DNA of 64,000 nt from Bacteroidota bacterium (GCA_037138335.1 JBAXIO010000014.1:2393-66392); one strand, 5' to 3'; shown: positions 36,132 to 46,178, counted from the stretch's first letter. A program made the numbers and translations. The notes: generated from the sequence alone by a model not told the origin.

Positions 36132-37565
36132 CTAAATAGGAGCTATGAAATGAATGTAGATTCCGGGTTTGCCCATAAGGTTCATTGATCCTTCAACACG
36201 GATCACCACGTCATAATAGGTTGTAAAATCAAGCCCAAGACCGTAACCCATCATAAACGTATTCTGAAGCGAATTAAAAGGGATATATACCTCGCCGGGT
36301 CCATAAGCAAGCTGCCTGTATGCATAAACGTATCCCATGTCGACAAACACATTTGCATAAAGGGCCAATGGGATAGTGTTGAACCTGGTTGTTCTGATGA
36401 AGTTGATCTTTTCAACCCTCTCGGGCAGGATGGCGAATTTAAGGTTGTTTTTAAACAGAAGATAATGCTGTCCGTCAACAACATAATATTCATACCCCCT
36501 TACAAATTCACGGCTGTAACCCAGCCCTTTCTGAAGGTAATAGGGCTGTTGTGATTCCAGGCTCAGCTTGCCCAGCACGGAAAAAGCATAATACCACCGC
36601 TCTCCCGCTTGAAAATACTTCCGGAACAATGACTTTATATAAGTGTTACGGGTAAACCAGAATGGCATGGAATGGTTGAACTCAAGATCGAAATACCATC
36701 CGTGCAAAGGATAATACTGCACATCCCTGTGATCGTTCTTATACTGGTACCATAGGGTCGCGAAATCCTGGTTGTTCCCGTATGTCATCGAAAACCCCGG
36801 CACATGAAGCACACTGTCCTTGAAATAATAGTGGCTGTAAGCCAGCCTGAAAGTATGCACCACGTAAATATTGGGCCTTAACAGGAGGTCTCCGAAAACA
36901 TATGTGAGCTGTTTCGGGTATGCACCTGTAATATTGAAATAATTCGGCTGGTTGTTTACAGTGTTAACCGCAACCTGGTGGTTGAGGTCCATATCGGCCC
37001 CGAAACTTACTCCCAGCGTCTGTTTCCTGTTCACATACGGTATTTTGTACGTAAACCCGTATTTCTGGTTAAACCCGAAATGGGTGATGATCTTGAGTGT
37101 TTCATTCCTGCCCCTCACATTGAAAAACGTAAAATCGACCCCGTATGTGAGCTTGCTCCAGTCCCAGGTCTGAAGCCAGGCATTGATATTCTGGTCTGAA
37201 AGCTGAACATAGGGTATCGGCCAGACATACCATCTCTCGATGACTTCAATGCTCAGGTTCATCCTGTTTGACTGGCGGTCGAGCGTGGTATCGAGGGTCA
37301 CAAAATTAAAAAGCCGGGTATTAAAAATGTTCTCTTTGGCGTGACTGAGTATCCCGGGCAGAAGGACTGTTTTTAATGTGTCGCCTTCCCGGAATTTCAA
37401 TTCCCGGAGGATGATGTTCGGGTGGGTGATGCGGTTTCCCGAAATGCTGACACTTCCCGCGATCACGTATGGGTGCTGTGCACCTGCATTCAGGACACAG
37501 CAAAAAAGGACCAGGGCCAGGGCCGGTTTCAGCAAGCTGTTCACTGCTGCTGCCCGACTCACCAT
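36132..37565 (-). CDS. Omp85/BamA-family outer membrane protein (single POTRA + barrel)
   Basis: A signal peptide is followed by a POTRA-like segment (IAGSVSISGNRITHPNIILRELKFREGD). A beta-barrel with aromatic-rich strands follows, ending ...GIYIHFIAPI. Confidence 0.65.
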   Translation of the reverse strand: MVSRAAAVNSLLKPALALVLFCCVLNAGAQHPYVIAGSVSISGNRITHPNIILRELKFREGDTLKTVLLPGILSHAKENIFNTRLFNFVTLDTTLDRQSNRMNLSIEVIERWYVWPIPYVQLSDQNINAWLQTWDWSKLTYGVDFTFFNVRGRNETLKIITHFGFNQKYGFTYKIPYVNRKQTLGVSFGADMDLNHQVAVNTVNNQPNYFNITGAYPKQLTYVFGDLLLRPNIYVVHTFRLAYSHYYFKDSVLHVPGFSMTYGNNQDFATLWYQYKNDHRDVQYYPLHGWYFDLEFNHSMPFWFTRNTYIKSLFRKYFQAGERWYYAFSVLGKLSLESQQPYYLQKGLGYSREFVRGYEYYVVDGQHYLLFKNNLKFAILPERVEKINFIRTTRFNTIPLALYANVFVDMGYVYAYRQLAYGPGEVYIPFNSLQNTFMMGYGLGLDFTTYYDVVIRVEGSMNLMGKPGIYIHFIAPI

Positions 37566-37568
37566 ACC

Positions 37569-38234
37569 TCAGATGTTTAAATAATTCATCAGGGAATCGA
37601 AGCGGTCCTGCAAGCCGTCGGAAAAGGAATCCTCTTTTGACCAGCTTGCCTTTACAGTGTAATTGTAGCGGTAAAATGTCTGGAGTATGGCTCCTATATC
37701 CACACGGTTAACTTTAATGGTTAATTCCAGCTTGGTGGAATCGGGGTGGGAAGTAATATAAAGGCTGAGTATCTTGGCATCATTCGATTCCACAATGCCG
37801 GCAATCTCTGTTAAAAGGTAATCTTTCTGGTTGATCTCGAGCACGATAATACCACCCGGATTGATCAGGGAGGCAATGGCCGAGAGTTTCTGCACCAGTC
37901 CCGTAAGGGTGATCACCCCCATGTATTGGTTTTTGATATTCAGGACCGGCAGAAGTGAAAGCTTCTGCTCGGAGATAATTAGCATTGCATCGTAAAAATG
38001 CTGATTCTCATATATATACGGATTGATCAGCGTGATCTTGCCATCCCATACCGCCACTTCAAACTCACCCCGGTTATAAATATCCGAATCGGAAATAATG
38101 CCAATATATTCAAGTTCGCTGACTACAGGGAGATGTGAAACGCGAAGTTCATCCATAAGCCCTAGGGCATCCGAACCTATGTCGGAGGGCCTCAGGGCTA
38201 TCACGGTATCATTTATGAGATCTTTAGCTATCAT
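37569..38234 (-). CDS. CBS-domain pair protein with a C-terminal ACT/regulatory-like region
   Basis: The start is taken at MIAKDLINDTVIAL. Two CBS-like units are present (HLPVVSELEYIGIISDSDI; LLPVLNIKNQYMGVITLTGL). It overlaps the rsgA 3' end by 11 nt. Confidence 0.65.
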   Translation of the reverse strand: MIAKDLINDTVIALRPSDIGSDALGLMDELRVSHLPVVSELEYIGIISDSDIYNRGEFEVAVWDGKITLINPYIYENQHFYDAMLIISEQKLSLLPVLNIKNQYMGVITLTGLVQKLSAIASLINPGGIIVLEINQKDYLLTEIAGIVESNDAKILSLYITSHPDSTKLELTIKVNRVDIGAILQTFYRYNYTVKASWSKEDSFSDGLQDRFDSLMNYLNI

Positions 38235-39129
38235 TGAGAATGCTAAGATAGCTATTATATCGCAATTGGCTGACCGCCCCGATCTCCAGGGCATTTTTCA
38301 CGGCACAGCCCGGCTCATGTGTATGCGTGCAATCCTGATACTGGCAATAAGGCAGGAATTTTTCCATTTCAGGGAAGCACCTCGGGATCTCTGATTGCTC
38401 AAAGTGTATAAGTCCGAATTCCCTGATGCCGGGTGTATCAACAATAAACCCTCCCCCTGAAATTTCATGCATCTCGGCAAAGGTTGTGGTATGCATTCCT
38501 TTCAGATGGACGCCCATTTTGCCCGTCCGAATATCTAACCCCGGCTGGATGGCATTGATGAGGGCCGATTTCCCTGCCCCTGAATGGCCGGCAAACAAGT
38601 TGATTTTTCCCTTCAGTACCGATTTCAGGCCTTTCAGGTTTGTCCCCTTCAGGGCCGAAACCGCATAGCATGGATACCCGGCTGCCTCATAGATCTCTTT
38701 CAGCTCCTCAAACAGTGCTTTAAGCTCTTTTGTATAGATATCTATTTTATTGAAAACCAGGCTGGCCGGTATGTAATACCCTGCTGCCGTAACCAGGAAA
38801 CGGTCTATAAACCCCGTAGAAGTGCGGGGTTCCGCCAGGGTGACAATAAGATACGCATGGTCAAGGTTGGCCGCGATGATATGCGATACCTTTGAAAGCT
38901 TGGTTGCTTTGCGGATGATGTAATTGTCGCGGGGGTGTATCTTCGTTATCAGCCCGTCGCCGTGACGGGGGTCGACCTCCAGCACCACCCTGTCGCCAAT
39001 GGCAACGGGATTTGTGTGTTTGATATCCCTGATCCTGAATTGCCCTTTCAGACGGCAGTCCTGAATGCTGCCGTTTTCAAGGCGTACCGTGATCCGGCTG
39101 CCGGTCGATTTGATTACAAGTCCTTCCAA
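38224..39129 (-). CDS. rsgA: Ribosome small-subunit-dependent GTPase A
   Basis: The circularly permuted GTPase shows NKID, then GHSGAGKSALINAI, then DTPG. The C-terminal zinc knuckle reads CQYQDCTHTHEPGCAV. Confidence 0.9.
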   Translation of the reverse strand: MEGLVIKSTGSRITVRLENGSIQDCRLKGQFRIRDIKHTNPVAIGDRVVLEVDPRHGDGLITKIHPRDNYIIRKATKLSKVSHIIAANLDHAYLIVTLAEPRTSTGFIDRFLVTAAGYYIPASLVFNKIDIYTKELKALFEELKEIYEAAGYPCYAVSALKGTNLKGLKSVLKGKINLFAGHSGAGKSALINAIQPGLDIRTGKMGVHLKGMHTTTFAEMHEISGGGFIVDTPGIREFGLIHFEQSEIPRCFPEMEKFLPYCQYQDCTHTHEPGCAVKNALEIGAVSQLRYNSYLSILNDS

Positions 39130-39223
39130 GGATCAATGATATTAACAGGTATCTTCATGGCTTTGCATGGGTATAATAACCTTGCCCGAGATTATTTTTT
39201 CTTGTAAAATTATAAAAAATAGT

Positions 39224-39231
39224 TATTTTTG
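39224..39231 (+). promoter_or_regulatory. Bacteroidota -7 promoter box (TAttTTTG)
   Basis: TATTTTTG lies about 23 nt upstream of ATG 39255. Confidence 0.45.
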
Positions 39232-39254
39232 ACTGAATTAAAACGCCTCCTGCT

Positions 39255-39932
39255 ATGAGACCAATCACTTATATAACTTTGGCTTTTGCGCCGGTAGTAG
39301 CACTTGCCATGTATTTTTACCTCGGGCGAAAATACGGGAAAGCTTTTCAGAAAGTGATGATCCAAAGCTTCCTGGCCGGGATCCTGGGATTATCAGTACT
39401 GGCTGTGGCCAAGGTCCTCTCAACACTTTTAGGGTTGAATGACCTCCGCAGTCTCAAGCGCCTGCTGTTTTACTCATTTATTACGATAGGGTTTGCTTCC
39501 GAATTCGGGAAATTCATACTTTTCCGCTTTTACATCATCCCCAAGAAAGCCGTCGACCGGCCAATTCACGGAATTACCATGTCGGTTATGACTACCCTGG
39601 GCTTTTGCACCCTGGCACTGCCATTATTCATGATGGATCCCTTCCATACCCAGGCCCTGTTTCCATACACCCTTTATACATTCGTATTTGTTCCCGCAAA
39701 CATTATGTTTGCAGTGGTGATGGGGTTCTTTGTTGGAATGGGGAAGTTCATCAAGACCTTCTTCATGTTTACACTCACGGGTTTATTTGGTGCGGCATTT
39801 TTCCAGGGGCTCTTCATTTTCACACTGGTCACACAGGATTTCAAGCTTCTCAGCCTGTTCGCTTTCGGGTCGACGGTAATCGTTTTCATACTGGGCATTA
39901 AAGCAGCAGTCACTGAGCCTGAGGGGGACTGA
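39255..39932 (+). CDS. Polytopic membrane protein, possibly a PrsW-family intramembrane protease
   Basis: 225 aa with about 7 TM helices. GFASEFGKFILF resembles the PrsW E-E-x-x-K block only partly. Low certainty. Confidence 0.35.
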   Translation: MRPITYITLAFAPVVALAMYFYLGRKYGKAFQKVMIQSFLAGILGLSVLAVAKVLSTLLGLNDLRSLKRLLFYSFITIGFASEFGKFILFRFYIIPKKAVDRPIHGITMSVMTTLGFCTLALPLFMMDPFHTQALFPYTLYTFVFVPANIMFAVVMGFFVGMGKFIKTFFMFTLTGLFGAAFFQGLFIFTLVTQDFKLLSLFAFGSTVIVFILGIKAAVTEPEGD

Positions 39933-41028
39933 GGGTATACAGCTTTCCCGGCTTGCATCTTATTACATTCTCAATTTCCAGATTCAGCAATGCCACCACG
40001 GTTTTATTTACCGGCAAACCGCTTTTACGTGAGATTTCGTCAACATTAAGGTCCCCTTCAGCAAATAAGAGGTCAACAACTTTCTGTTCATCCAAGGTCA
40101 ACGGGATAAAAAGCTTAGGTTGTACGACCCTGGTTTTAATTTCAGCCTCCCCCCATCCCATCTGGGAGATCAGGTCCCCGGCATGTCTTACCACATCGGC
40201 TTTCTTGTACCTGAGCAGCATATTGCAGCCCCCCGAATATTTGTCGCCGATCCTTCCGGGCATTACAAATACATCTCGGTTATAAGTATGTGCAATATCG
40301 GCCGTGATCAAAGCCCCTCCTTCCTCGGCTGCCTCAACTACTATTATCGCGTCGCTTATTCCGGCAATGATCCTGTTACGCTGGGGGAAGTTCTCCCGGT
40401 CGGGCTCCGTACAGCTGAAGAATTCGGTGAGCAACCCTCCCTGTGATAACATTTTTTCGGCCGTACCCTTGTTATTGCTGGGGTAAATGCGGTCGAGGCC
40501 ATGCCCAAGCACGCCTATGGTTTCAAGGCCATTGTCTAGAGCAGCCCTGTGTGCCTGGCTGTCAATACCGTATGCAAGCCCGCTGACGACCAGCGGATTA
40601 AGCTGCCTTAGTCCGTTTATCAGTTCCCGGGTTATAGTCTTGCCATAATCGGTTGCGCTCCTTGTCCCCACAACGGCAACAACCTTCCCGGCATTCAGGC
40701 TTGCGCTCCCTTTGTAAAAAAGAAAAACCGGGGAATCATAACAGTCGGCAAGACGGTAAGGATAATCTTCATCCTGGAAAAAAAGCACCTTCAGCCGGTA
40801 CTTCTCGATGAACTTCATCTCTGCCTCCGCCCTTCTCCAGAACTCCTTATCCCTTAAAACCTGGCCAATTACAGGAACCAGGGCAGGTTTACCATTTGAC
40901 AGCTCTTTAAAGCGCCTGAAAACAGACTCAGCATCGCCAAAATAAGTGATCAGCTGTTTCCCTATCACGCTGCCGATACCTGGCACCTGCGACAAAGCGA
41001 GTGTATATAATAAGGCATCCTTATCCAT
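39910..41028 (-). CDS. dprA: DNA-processing protein DprA
   Basis: The start is taken at MDKDALLYTLAL. VVSGLAYGIDSQAHRAAL, VLGHGLDRIYP and GGALITA are present, with a C-terminal winged-helix-like tail. Confidence 0.85.
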   Translation of the reverse strand: MDKDALLYTLALSQVPGIGSVIGKQLITYFGDAESVFRRFKELSNGKPALVPVIGQVLRDKEFWRRAEAEMKFIEKYRLKVLFFQDEDYPYRLADCYDSPVFLFYKGSASLNAGKVVAVVGTRSATDYGKTITRELINGLRQLNPLVVSGLAYGIDSQAHRAALDNGLETIGVLGHGLDRIYPSNNKGTAEKMLSQGGLLTEFFSCTEPDRENFPQRNRIIAGISDAIIVVEAAEEGGALITADIAHTYNRDVFVMPGRIGDKYSGGCNMLLRYKKADVVRHAGDLISQMGWGEAEIKTRVVQPKLFIPLTLDEQKVVDLLFAEGDLNVDEISRKSGLPVNKTVVALLNLEIENVIRCKPGKLYTLSPPQAQ

Positions 41029-41092
41029 CTGGTTTTTCCTTATCTTTATCCGCCTCAAGCCTGAAAGTGACAGGTATTTTAAAACTTTTTTT

Positions 41093-42205
41093 ATGACTGC
41101 GGATTGCATTGCCCTTGTTTGCCCCCTCGATTGGGGGCTAGGCCATGCCACGCGCTGTGTACCTGTGATCAGGGAGCTGCAGCAGCAAGGTTTTAAGGTA
41201 ATCGTTGCTGCTGACTCACGGCCTTATGATTTCTACAGGAATGAATACCCCGAACTGGAGCTGAGGAGGTTCCAGGGAACCGGGATCCGCTACCCGGCCG
41301 GCTCGGGGATGGCCTTTGCCATGGCGGCAGCCATCCCCCGCCTGCTGCTTGGTATCAGGAAAGAACATCTGTTCCTGCAAGAACTGGTCAGGGAAACGGG
41401 GGCATGCCTGGTGATCTCCGACAACCGTTATGGCTGCTGGCATGAGGATGTGAGGTCAGTGTTTATGACGCACCAGCTGAACATACAGCTTCCCGCCTTC
41501 ATCCGCGGGCTTGCCAATGTCGTCAGGAAGATCAACTATTCATTTATTAACAGGTACAGCGAATGCTGGGTCCCCGATGAGGAAGATGAAGGCGGGCTCA
41601 GCGGCCGCCTCTCCCACTGCATAAAACTCCCCGATAATTGCCATTTCATCGGCCTTCTTACCCGGTTCAGCAATCCACTTCCTGCACCTCGGGAACTCCC
41701 TTGTAAACCTGCAGAAATATTTGTAATGATTTCGGGTCCAGAACCCCAGCGGAGCATTTTCGAAACCCTGATCACCAGGCAACTGAGAAACTCCTCCCAT
41801 ACCGCCATTATAGCCGGAGGGCGAACGGAAGCAGCTAACGCCGAACTGCTCGACGGCCGGATCCATGTATTTCCCCACCTCACTTCACCCCAGATAAAGT
41901 ACTATATAGAAAACGCGGGGCATGTGATTTGCCGCAGCGGTTATTCCACGCTCATGGATCTTGCCGCCCTGGGTAAATCTGCAATTCTCGTTCCAACCCC
42001 GGGTCAAACCGAACAGGAATACCTGGCAAAAAGAATGTCAGCAATGAATGTCCATTATGCAATGGCCCAGGGAAGTTTCTGTCTTGAGGAAGCCCTCCTG
42101 AATTGCAAAGGGAACAAACCCATTGTGATCCGCTATGACATGTCGGTGTTGAAACAAAGGGTCGCAAGGTTATTTGCTCAGGCAGCAAGTTTCCGGGCCC
42201 GGTAA
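41093..42205 (+). CDS. Glycosyltransferase, MurG/GT28-like (UDP-sugar dependent GT-B fold)
   Basis: The start is at MTADCIALVCPLDWGLGHATRC, a GxGH motif typical of MurG-like GTs. The C-terminal half reads VICRSGYSTLMDLAALGKSAILVPTPGQTEQ. Confidence 0.65.
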   Translation: MTADCIALVCPLDWGLGHATRCVPVIRELQQQGFKVIVAADSRPYDFYRNEYPELELRRFQGTGIRYPAGSGMAFAMAAAIPRLLLGIRKEHLFLQELVRETGACLVISDNRYGCWHEDVRSVFMTHQLNIQLPAFIRGLANVVRKINYSFINRYSECWVPDEEDEGGLSGRLSHCIKLPDNCHFIGLLTRFSNPLPAPRELPCKPAEIFVMISGPEPQRSIFETLITRQLRNSSHTAIIAGGRTEAANAELLDGRIHVFPHLTSPQIKYYIENAGHVICRSGYSTLMDLAALGKSAILVPTPGQTEQEYLAKRMSAMNVHYAMAQGSFCLEEALLNCKGNKPIVIRYDMSVLKQRVARLFAQAASFRAR

Positions 42206-42984
42206 ACCAGGTAAATCCCAAGGATCACTAAAGGGATGCTAAGCAATTGCCCCATATTTAGAGGCATTCCCTGCTCAAACCCCACCTGGGGCTCTTTCAG
42301 GAACTCAATAACAAAGCGAACCCCGAAAATCCCGATCAGGAACAACCCGAAAAACAGTCCCGGTTCAGGCTTCCCGTTTTTAATATAATATAAACGCAGG
42401 AGTGCAAGGAAAATAATAAAATAACACAGGCCTTCATAGATCTCGGTCGGATGTCGGGGATCAAGCGCTTCAGCGGGATTTGCGGCACGAAGGAAATAAA
42501 ACCCCCATGGCAGGCTTGTGACATGCCCGAATATCTCTGAATTCATAAGGTTCCCCGTCCTAATGAGGAGGCCTGCCAGGGCAGTCACAATCACAACGCG
42601 GTCCATGACCCAGAAGAATGTAAGCTTATTCCTGTGTCCGAATATCAGGATGGACAGGATGATGCCCAAAGCAGCACCATGGCTGGCCAGCCCGCCTTCC
42701 CATACTTCAAGTATCTTTAACGGATGCGAAAGATAATAAGCAGGTTCGTAAAAGAGGCAGTGCCCCAGCCTCGCACCGACCACCGTACCTATCACCATAT
42801 AGGTGGTAAGGGTGTCAAGCTTGTCAACTTCAATGCCTTCCTTTTTGAAAAACTTCAGCATGATAAAATAGCCGAAGAAAAAAGAAGAAGCGAAAAGCAA
42901 ACCGTACCAGCGGATCGCCAGGCCCCCGATATTGAATATTTCCGGATCCGGGTTCCAGTGAATAAATGTGAATATAAAACTCAT
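42178..42984 (-). CDS. lgt: Prolipoprotein diacylglyceryl transferase
   Basis: IRWYGLLFASSF, WEGGLASHGAALG and PTEIYEGL are present in a polytopic protein. Confidence 0.85.
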   Translation of the reverse strand: MSFIFTFIHWNPDPEIFNIGGLAIRWYGLLFASSFFFGYFIMLKFFKKEGIEVDKLDTLTTYMVIGTVVGARLGHCLFYEPAYYLSHPLKILEVWEGGLASHGAALGIILSILIFGHRNKLTFFWVMDRVVIVTALAGLLIRTGNLMNSEIFGHVTSLPWGFYFLRAANPAEALDPRHPTEIYEGLCYFIIFLALLRLYYIKNGKPEPGLFFGLFLIGIFGVRFVIEFLKEPQVGFEQGMPLNMGQLLSIPLVILGIYLVYRARKLAA

Positions 42985-43010
42985 ATTACTTCTTTAAGTC
43001 ACCATTAACC

Positions 43011-43031
43011 AGTCACTAGTCACTAGTCACT
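43011..43031. repeat. Tandem heptamer array: AGTCACT x3, plus a degenerate copy just upstream
   Basis: Read directly: agtcact agtcact agtcact, with aagtcacc at 42996..43003. It fills the spacer between the DUF2723 stop (43033) and the lgt start (42984). Confidence 0.9.
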
Positions 43032-43032
43032 G

Positions 43033-46000
43033 TTATTGATATGATTTAATCCGTTTATTGAACAGAGCTTCCATTTCGGCAGCCAGCTTGGTTTGTTTAT
43101 TGTCAGTCGCCATCATCGAGATCCTGCGTATCATCCCCATATTGGAATTTATATCGCTTTGGAAATACTGGCGGTACCCCGGGTCGTACGACATATAATA
43201 ATCGAGGTTCTGCGTAAGGATCTGCGACACCCTCCTCATGATTTTATTAGCAGTTGCCGTATCCCCGGCCTTATAATAAATATCGGCATACGGCAGTATA
43301 TACATATCGTAGGTGATCTTCGAATCGGGGAAATTATTCAGGTAAGAATTAAGCAGCATTACAGCTTCTTTTTTCTTTTCCATAGTAACCAGCGACTGGG
43401 CCACCCTCATGATGTTGGTCTTAGGGCGCACCGAATTATTAAGGCTCTCAGGGTCAATATATACTTTTGGGTCGCTGAGGTTGCCCCATTTGCATTTATT
43501 CATGAGAATATCGTAGGACGTTAGCGGGTCAACACCTCCCATTCCCTGTATATAATCGGCCGAATCGGCGCGAACAGGCATGAATTTATAGACAAAACCG
43601 GTCACATGGCAGAACTTTTCCATATTGAAAATTGAGCCGACGCTGTTAGGGGATGCGAAGTACAAGGCACGGGTCCATTTATTGCTGGCTACGAAATCAA
43701 GAAGCATGATATCGTTTTTATACAGCTGGTTTCCCCGTATTGTCCAGTAAAGGGTGTCAACCATCTTGTCTTTCATATGGGCTGGCACAATGCCGTTTTT
43801 GATACAGGCTTCCTTGTCCACTGTAAGCTTGACGTTCCTGGAGGGGATGAATTTGATCTTTTCCCCGTTTTGCAGGGTCAGGAAGGTTTGCGGATCATCG
43901 CTTTTAATGAAATCAATAATGTCTTTAAGCTCCACATAACCCTTCACCCCTATATCATAAAACGGGATGATGTCATTCCTCCCTGCCCCGTACATTTTCC
44001 GGTCCAGGGTAAAAGGAAGGGGTTTCGAATCATACATCTTCTGATAGAGCTGGTCGATATACCATCCGCCGGAGGCGAGCATAAAATTCACAACCCTGAC
44101 ATCGGTGCGTATCCCTTCAACCTCCTGGTCATACCAGAGGGGGAATGTATCATTATCGCCGTTTGTGATCAGAACGCCCTGGGGATCGCAGGAATTCAGG
44201 TAATTTGCCGCAAAGTCCCGGCAGGAGTATTTCCCACTGCGGTCATGGTCATTCCAGTTCTCTTTTGCCATATTCGCCGGAACAAGAAGGAAACAAAAGG
44301 CAAAAACAAGAATAATTGAAAGGTATTCTTTCCTGAGGTACTTTTTAGCGAGCTGTACCAGGTAGATCACCCCAAGTCCTATCCATATGGCAAACGCATA
44401 GGTGGATCCGCAATACGAATAATCACGTTCACGGGGTTCGAAAGGTTTCTGGTTGAGATACACCACAATAGCAAGCCCGGTCATCAGAAACAGCATGGTG
44501 ATGACGATAGCTCCCCTCGACTCTTTTTTAGCCTGGAAGAAAATACCTATAAGGCCGAGAATGAGAGGAAGCATATAATACTTATTATTCCCCCAGTTCT
44601 TTTTATTATCGGGCAGGTTCAGCTGATCATGCCCAAGCCTTAGTTTGTCAAGGAACGGAATCCCTGTTATCCAGTTCCCGTCTTCAACACCTCCGAAACC
44701 CTGCACATCATTTTGCCGGCCGGAGTAGTTCCATAGGAAATACCTCAGGTACATCCAACCAACCTGGTATGTAAAGAAATATTTCAGGTTTTCGGCAAAA
44801 GTCGGTTTGTTGACGGTCTGTGTCTTGCCGTCTTCATCGGTAAACGTGACCGGGACTCCTTCACCTCCCCATTTCCTGTAAAAGTCAAGAGTGCCTTTGC
44901 GGTCCGACTCCCGGCTCCAGATCCTCGGAAAAATGGTCATAAACCGGGGATCAAATACGGGAATTGTCCCCTTCCTGTCATCCACGACAATATACTTATG
45001 GGTAGCCGAATCATGGGCATACACGGGGTTGCCGTCTTCATACCCTACAATAGGTGCATTATAATACTGGCCATAGAAGATCGGCCAGGTTCCGTATTGT
45101 TCCCTGTTCAGGTAGGAAACCAGTCCTACTATATCCTTTGGATCATTTTCATTGATGGGAGTATCGGCGTTGGCACGGATCACCAGGACCAGAAAAGTCG
45201 AGTATCCTATCAGCAGGAAAGCAAAGGCAAGTATAATTGAATTGATCAGTGGACGGTTTGTCTTTCGTGTATAATAAAGTCCCCATACGATTATTCCGAT
45301 CAGCAGCAGGAAATAAAAGATTGTCCCGCTCTGGAATGGCAATCCGAAAGAGTTGACAAAGAGTATTTCAAACTTTCCGGCCAGGTTCGGGATCCATGGA
45401 ATCACGAAATACATGATAAAAGCCAGCACCACGACGGCGATTGCGAAAGTCAGGAGCATTCCAAGCCTTGTAGGCTTGTATTTCTTAAAGTAGATGACAT
45501 AGGCCAGGGCAGGGATGGTCAGGAGGTTCAGGAGGTGAACGCCGATTGCAAAACCAATCATCAGTGCGATGAAAATAAGCCAGCGGGAAGCATGTTTCTC
45601 ATCGGCCACCGACTCCCATTTCATTATTGCCCAGAAGACCAGGGAAGTGAACATGGCCGACATGGCATAAACTTCGCCTTCCACAGCCGAAAACCAGAAG
45701 GAATCGGTGAAGGTGAATGTCATGGCACCGATAAATGCTGAAGAAAAGATGGTCCACATGCGGCCTTCGGTCATTTCGCCATCGGGCGCAACGATCTTGC
45801 GGGCAAACATAGTGATGGTCCAGAAGAGGAAAAGAATCGTAAACCCGCTGCATATGGCGCTCATGGCATTGATCATCATGGCCACTTTTGCAACGTTTCC
45901 AAAAGCCAGGAGGGAGATCACCCTGCCGATAAGCTGCATGGTTGGCGCCCCCGGCGGATGGCCGATCTGGAGTTTATATGTCGTCGAAATAAATTCACCC

Positions 46001-46107
46001 GGGTCCCACCAGCTTGCAGTGGGCTCAATGGTAAGCAAAAACACCACGGCTGCAATAGTAAAGGTAAGCCAGCCGAGGAGAGTGTTCAATCTCTTGTAAT
46101 TATTCAT
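43033..46107 (-). CDS. DUF2723/TMEM260-like large polytopic membrane protein (putative glycosyltransferase) with a TPR-like C-terminus
   Basis: 1024 aa. N-terminal WWDPGEFISTTYKLQIGHPPGAP is followed by many TM helices, a large soluble region and a helical C-terminus. The family call is from memory of the DxGEF...HPPG(Y/A)P signature. Confidence 0.6.
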   Translation of the reverse strand: MNNYKRLNTLLGWLTFTIAAVVFLLTIEPTASWWDPGEFISTTYKLQIGHPPGAPTMQLIGRVISLLAFGNVAKVAMMINAMSAICSGFTILFLFWTITMFARKIVAPDGEMTEGRMWTIFSSAFIGAMTFTFTDSFWFSAVEGEVYAMSAMFTSLVFWAIMKWESVADEKHASRWLIFIALMIGFAIGVHLLNLLTIPALAYVIYFKKYKPTRLGMLLTFAIAVVVLAFIMYFVIPWIPNLAGKFEILFVNSFGLPFQSGTIFYFLLLIGIIVWGLYYTRKTNRPLINSIILAFAFLLIGYSTFLVLVIRANADTPINENDPKDIVGLVSYLNREQYGTWPIFYGQYYNAPIVGYEDGNPVYAHDSATHKYIVVDDRKGTIPVFDPRFMTIFPRIWSRESDRKGTLDFYRKWGGEGVPVTFTDEDGKTQTVNKPTFAENLKYFFTYQVGWMYLRYFLWNYSGRQNDVQGFGGVEDGNWITGIPFLDKLRLGHDQLNLPDNKKNWGNNKYYMLPLILGLIGIFFQAKKESRGAIVITMLFLMTGLAIVVYLNQKPFEPRERDYSYCGSTYAFAIWIGLGVIYLVQLAKKYLRKEYLSIILVFAFCFLLVPANMAKENWNDHDRSGKYSCRDFAANYLNSCDPQGVLITNGDNDTFPLWYDQEVEGIRTDVRVVNFMLASGGWYIDQLYQKMYDSKPLPFTLDRKMYGAGRNDIIPFYDIGVKGYVELKDIIDFIKSDDPQTFLTLQNGEKIKFIPSRNVKLTVDKEACIKNGIVPAHMKDKMVDTLYWTIRGNQLYKNDIMLLDFVASNKWTRALYFASPNSVGSIFNMEKFCHVTGFVYKFMPVRADSADYIQGMGGVDPLTSYDILMNKCKWGNLSDPKVYIDPESLNNSVRPKTNIMRVAQSLVTMEKKKEAVMLLNSYLNNFPDSKITYDMYILPYADIYYKAGDTATANKIMRRVSQILTQNLDYYMSYDPGYRQYFQSDINSNMGMIRRISMMATDNKQTKLAAEMEALFNKRIKSYQ

Positions 46108-46165
46108 TGATCGGTTTTGAATGGGCTGCGAAGGTACAAAAATTGCGCTTATGTGAAAAAATTGC

Positions 46166-46173
46166 TACTTTTG
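46166..46173 (+). promoter_or_regulatory. Bacteroidota -7 promoter box (TActTTTG) for tRNA-Gln
   Basis: TACTTTTG lies about 42 nt upstream of the mature tRNA 5' end. Confidence 0.5.
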
Positions 46174-46178
46174 CAGCC

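Noticed and set aside
3390-43031. Whether the four short tandem-repeat arrays (3390, 29435, 30781, 43011) could be CRISPR arrays.
   Set aside because: The units are only 7-8 nt long and directly abut each other with no spacers. No cas genes are present in the window.
43777-44319. A 180-aa plus-strand ORF inside the DUF2723 gene, together with similar ORFs at 43093, 44998, 45535 and 45707.
   Set aside because: All lie antisense to one continuous 1024-aa minus-strand reading frame with a coherent TM topology.
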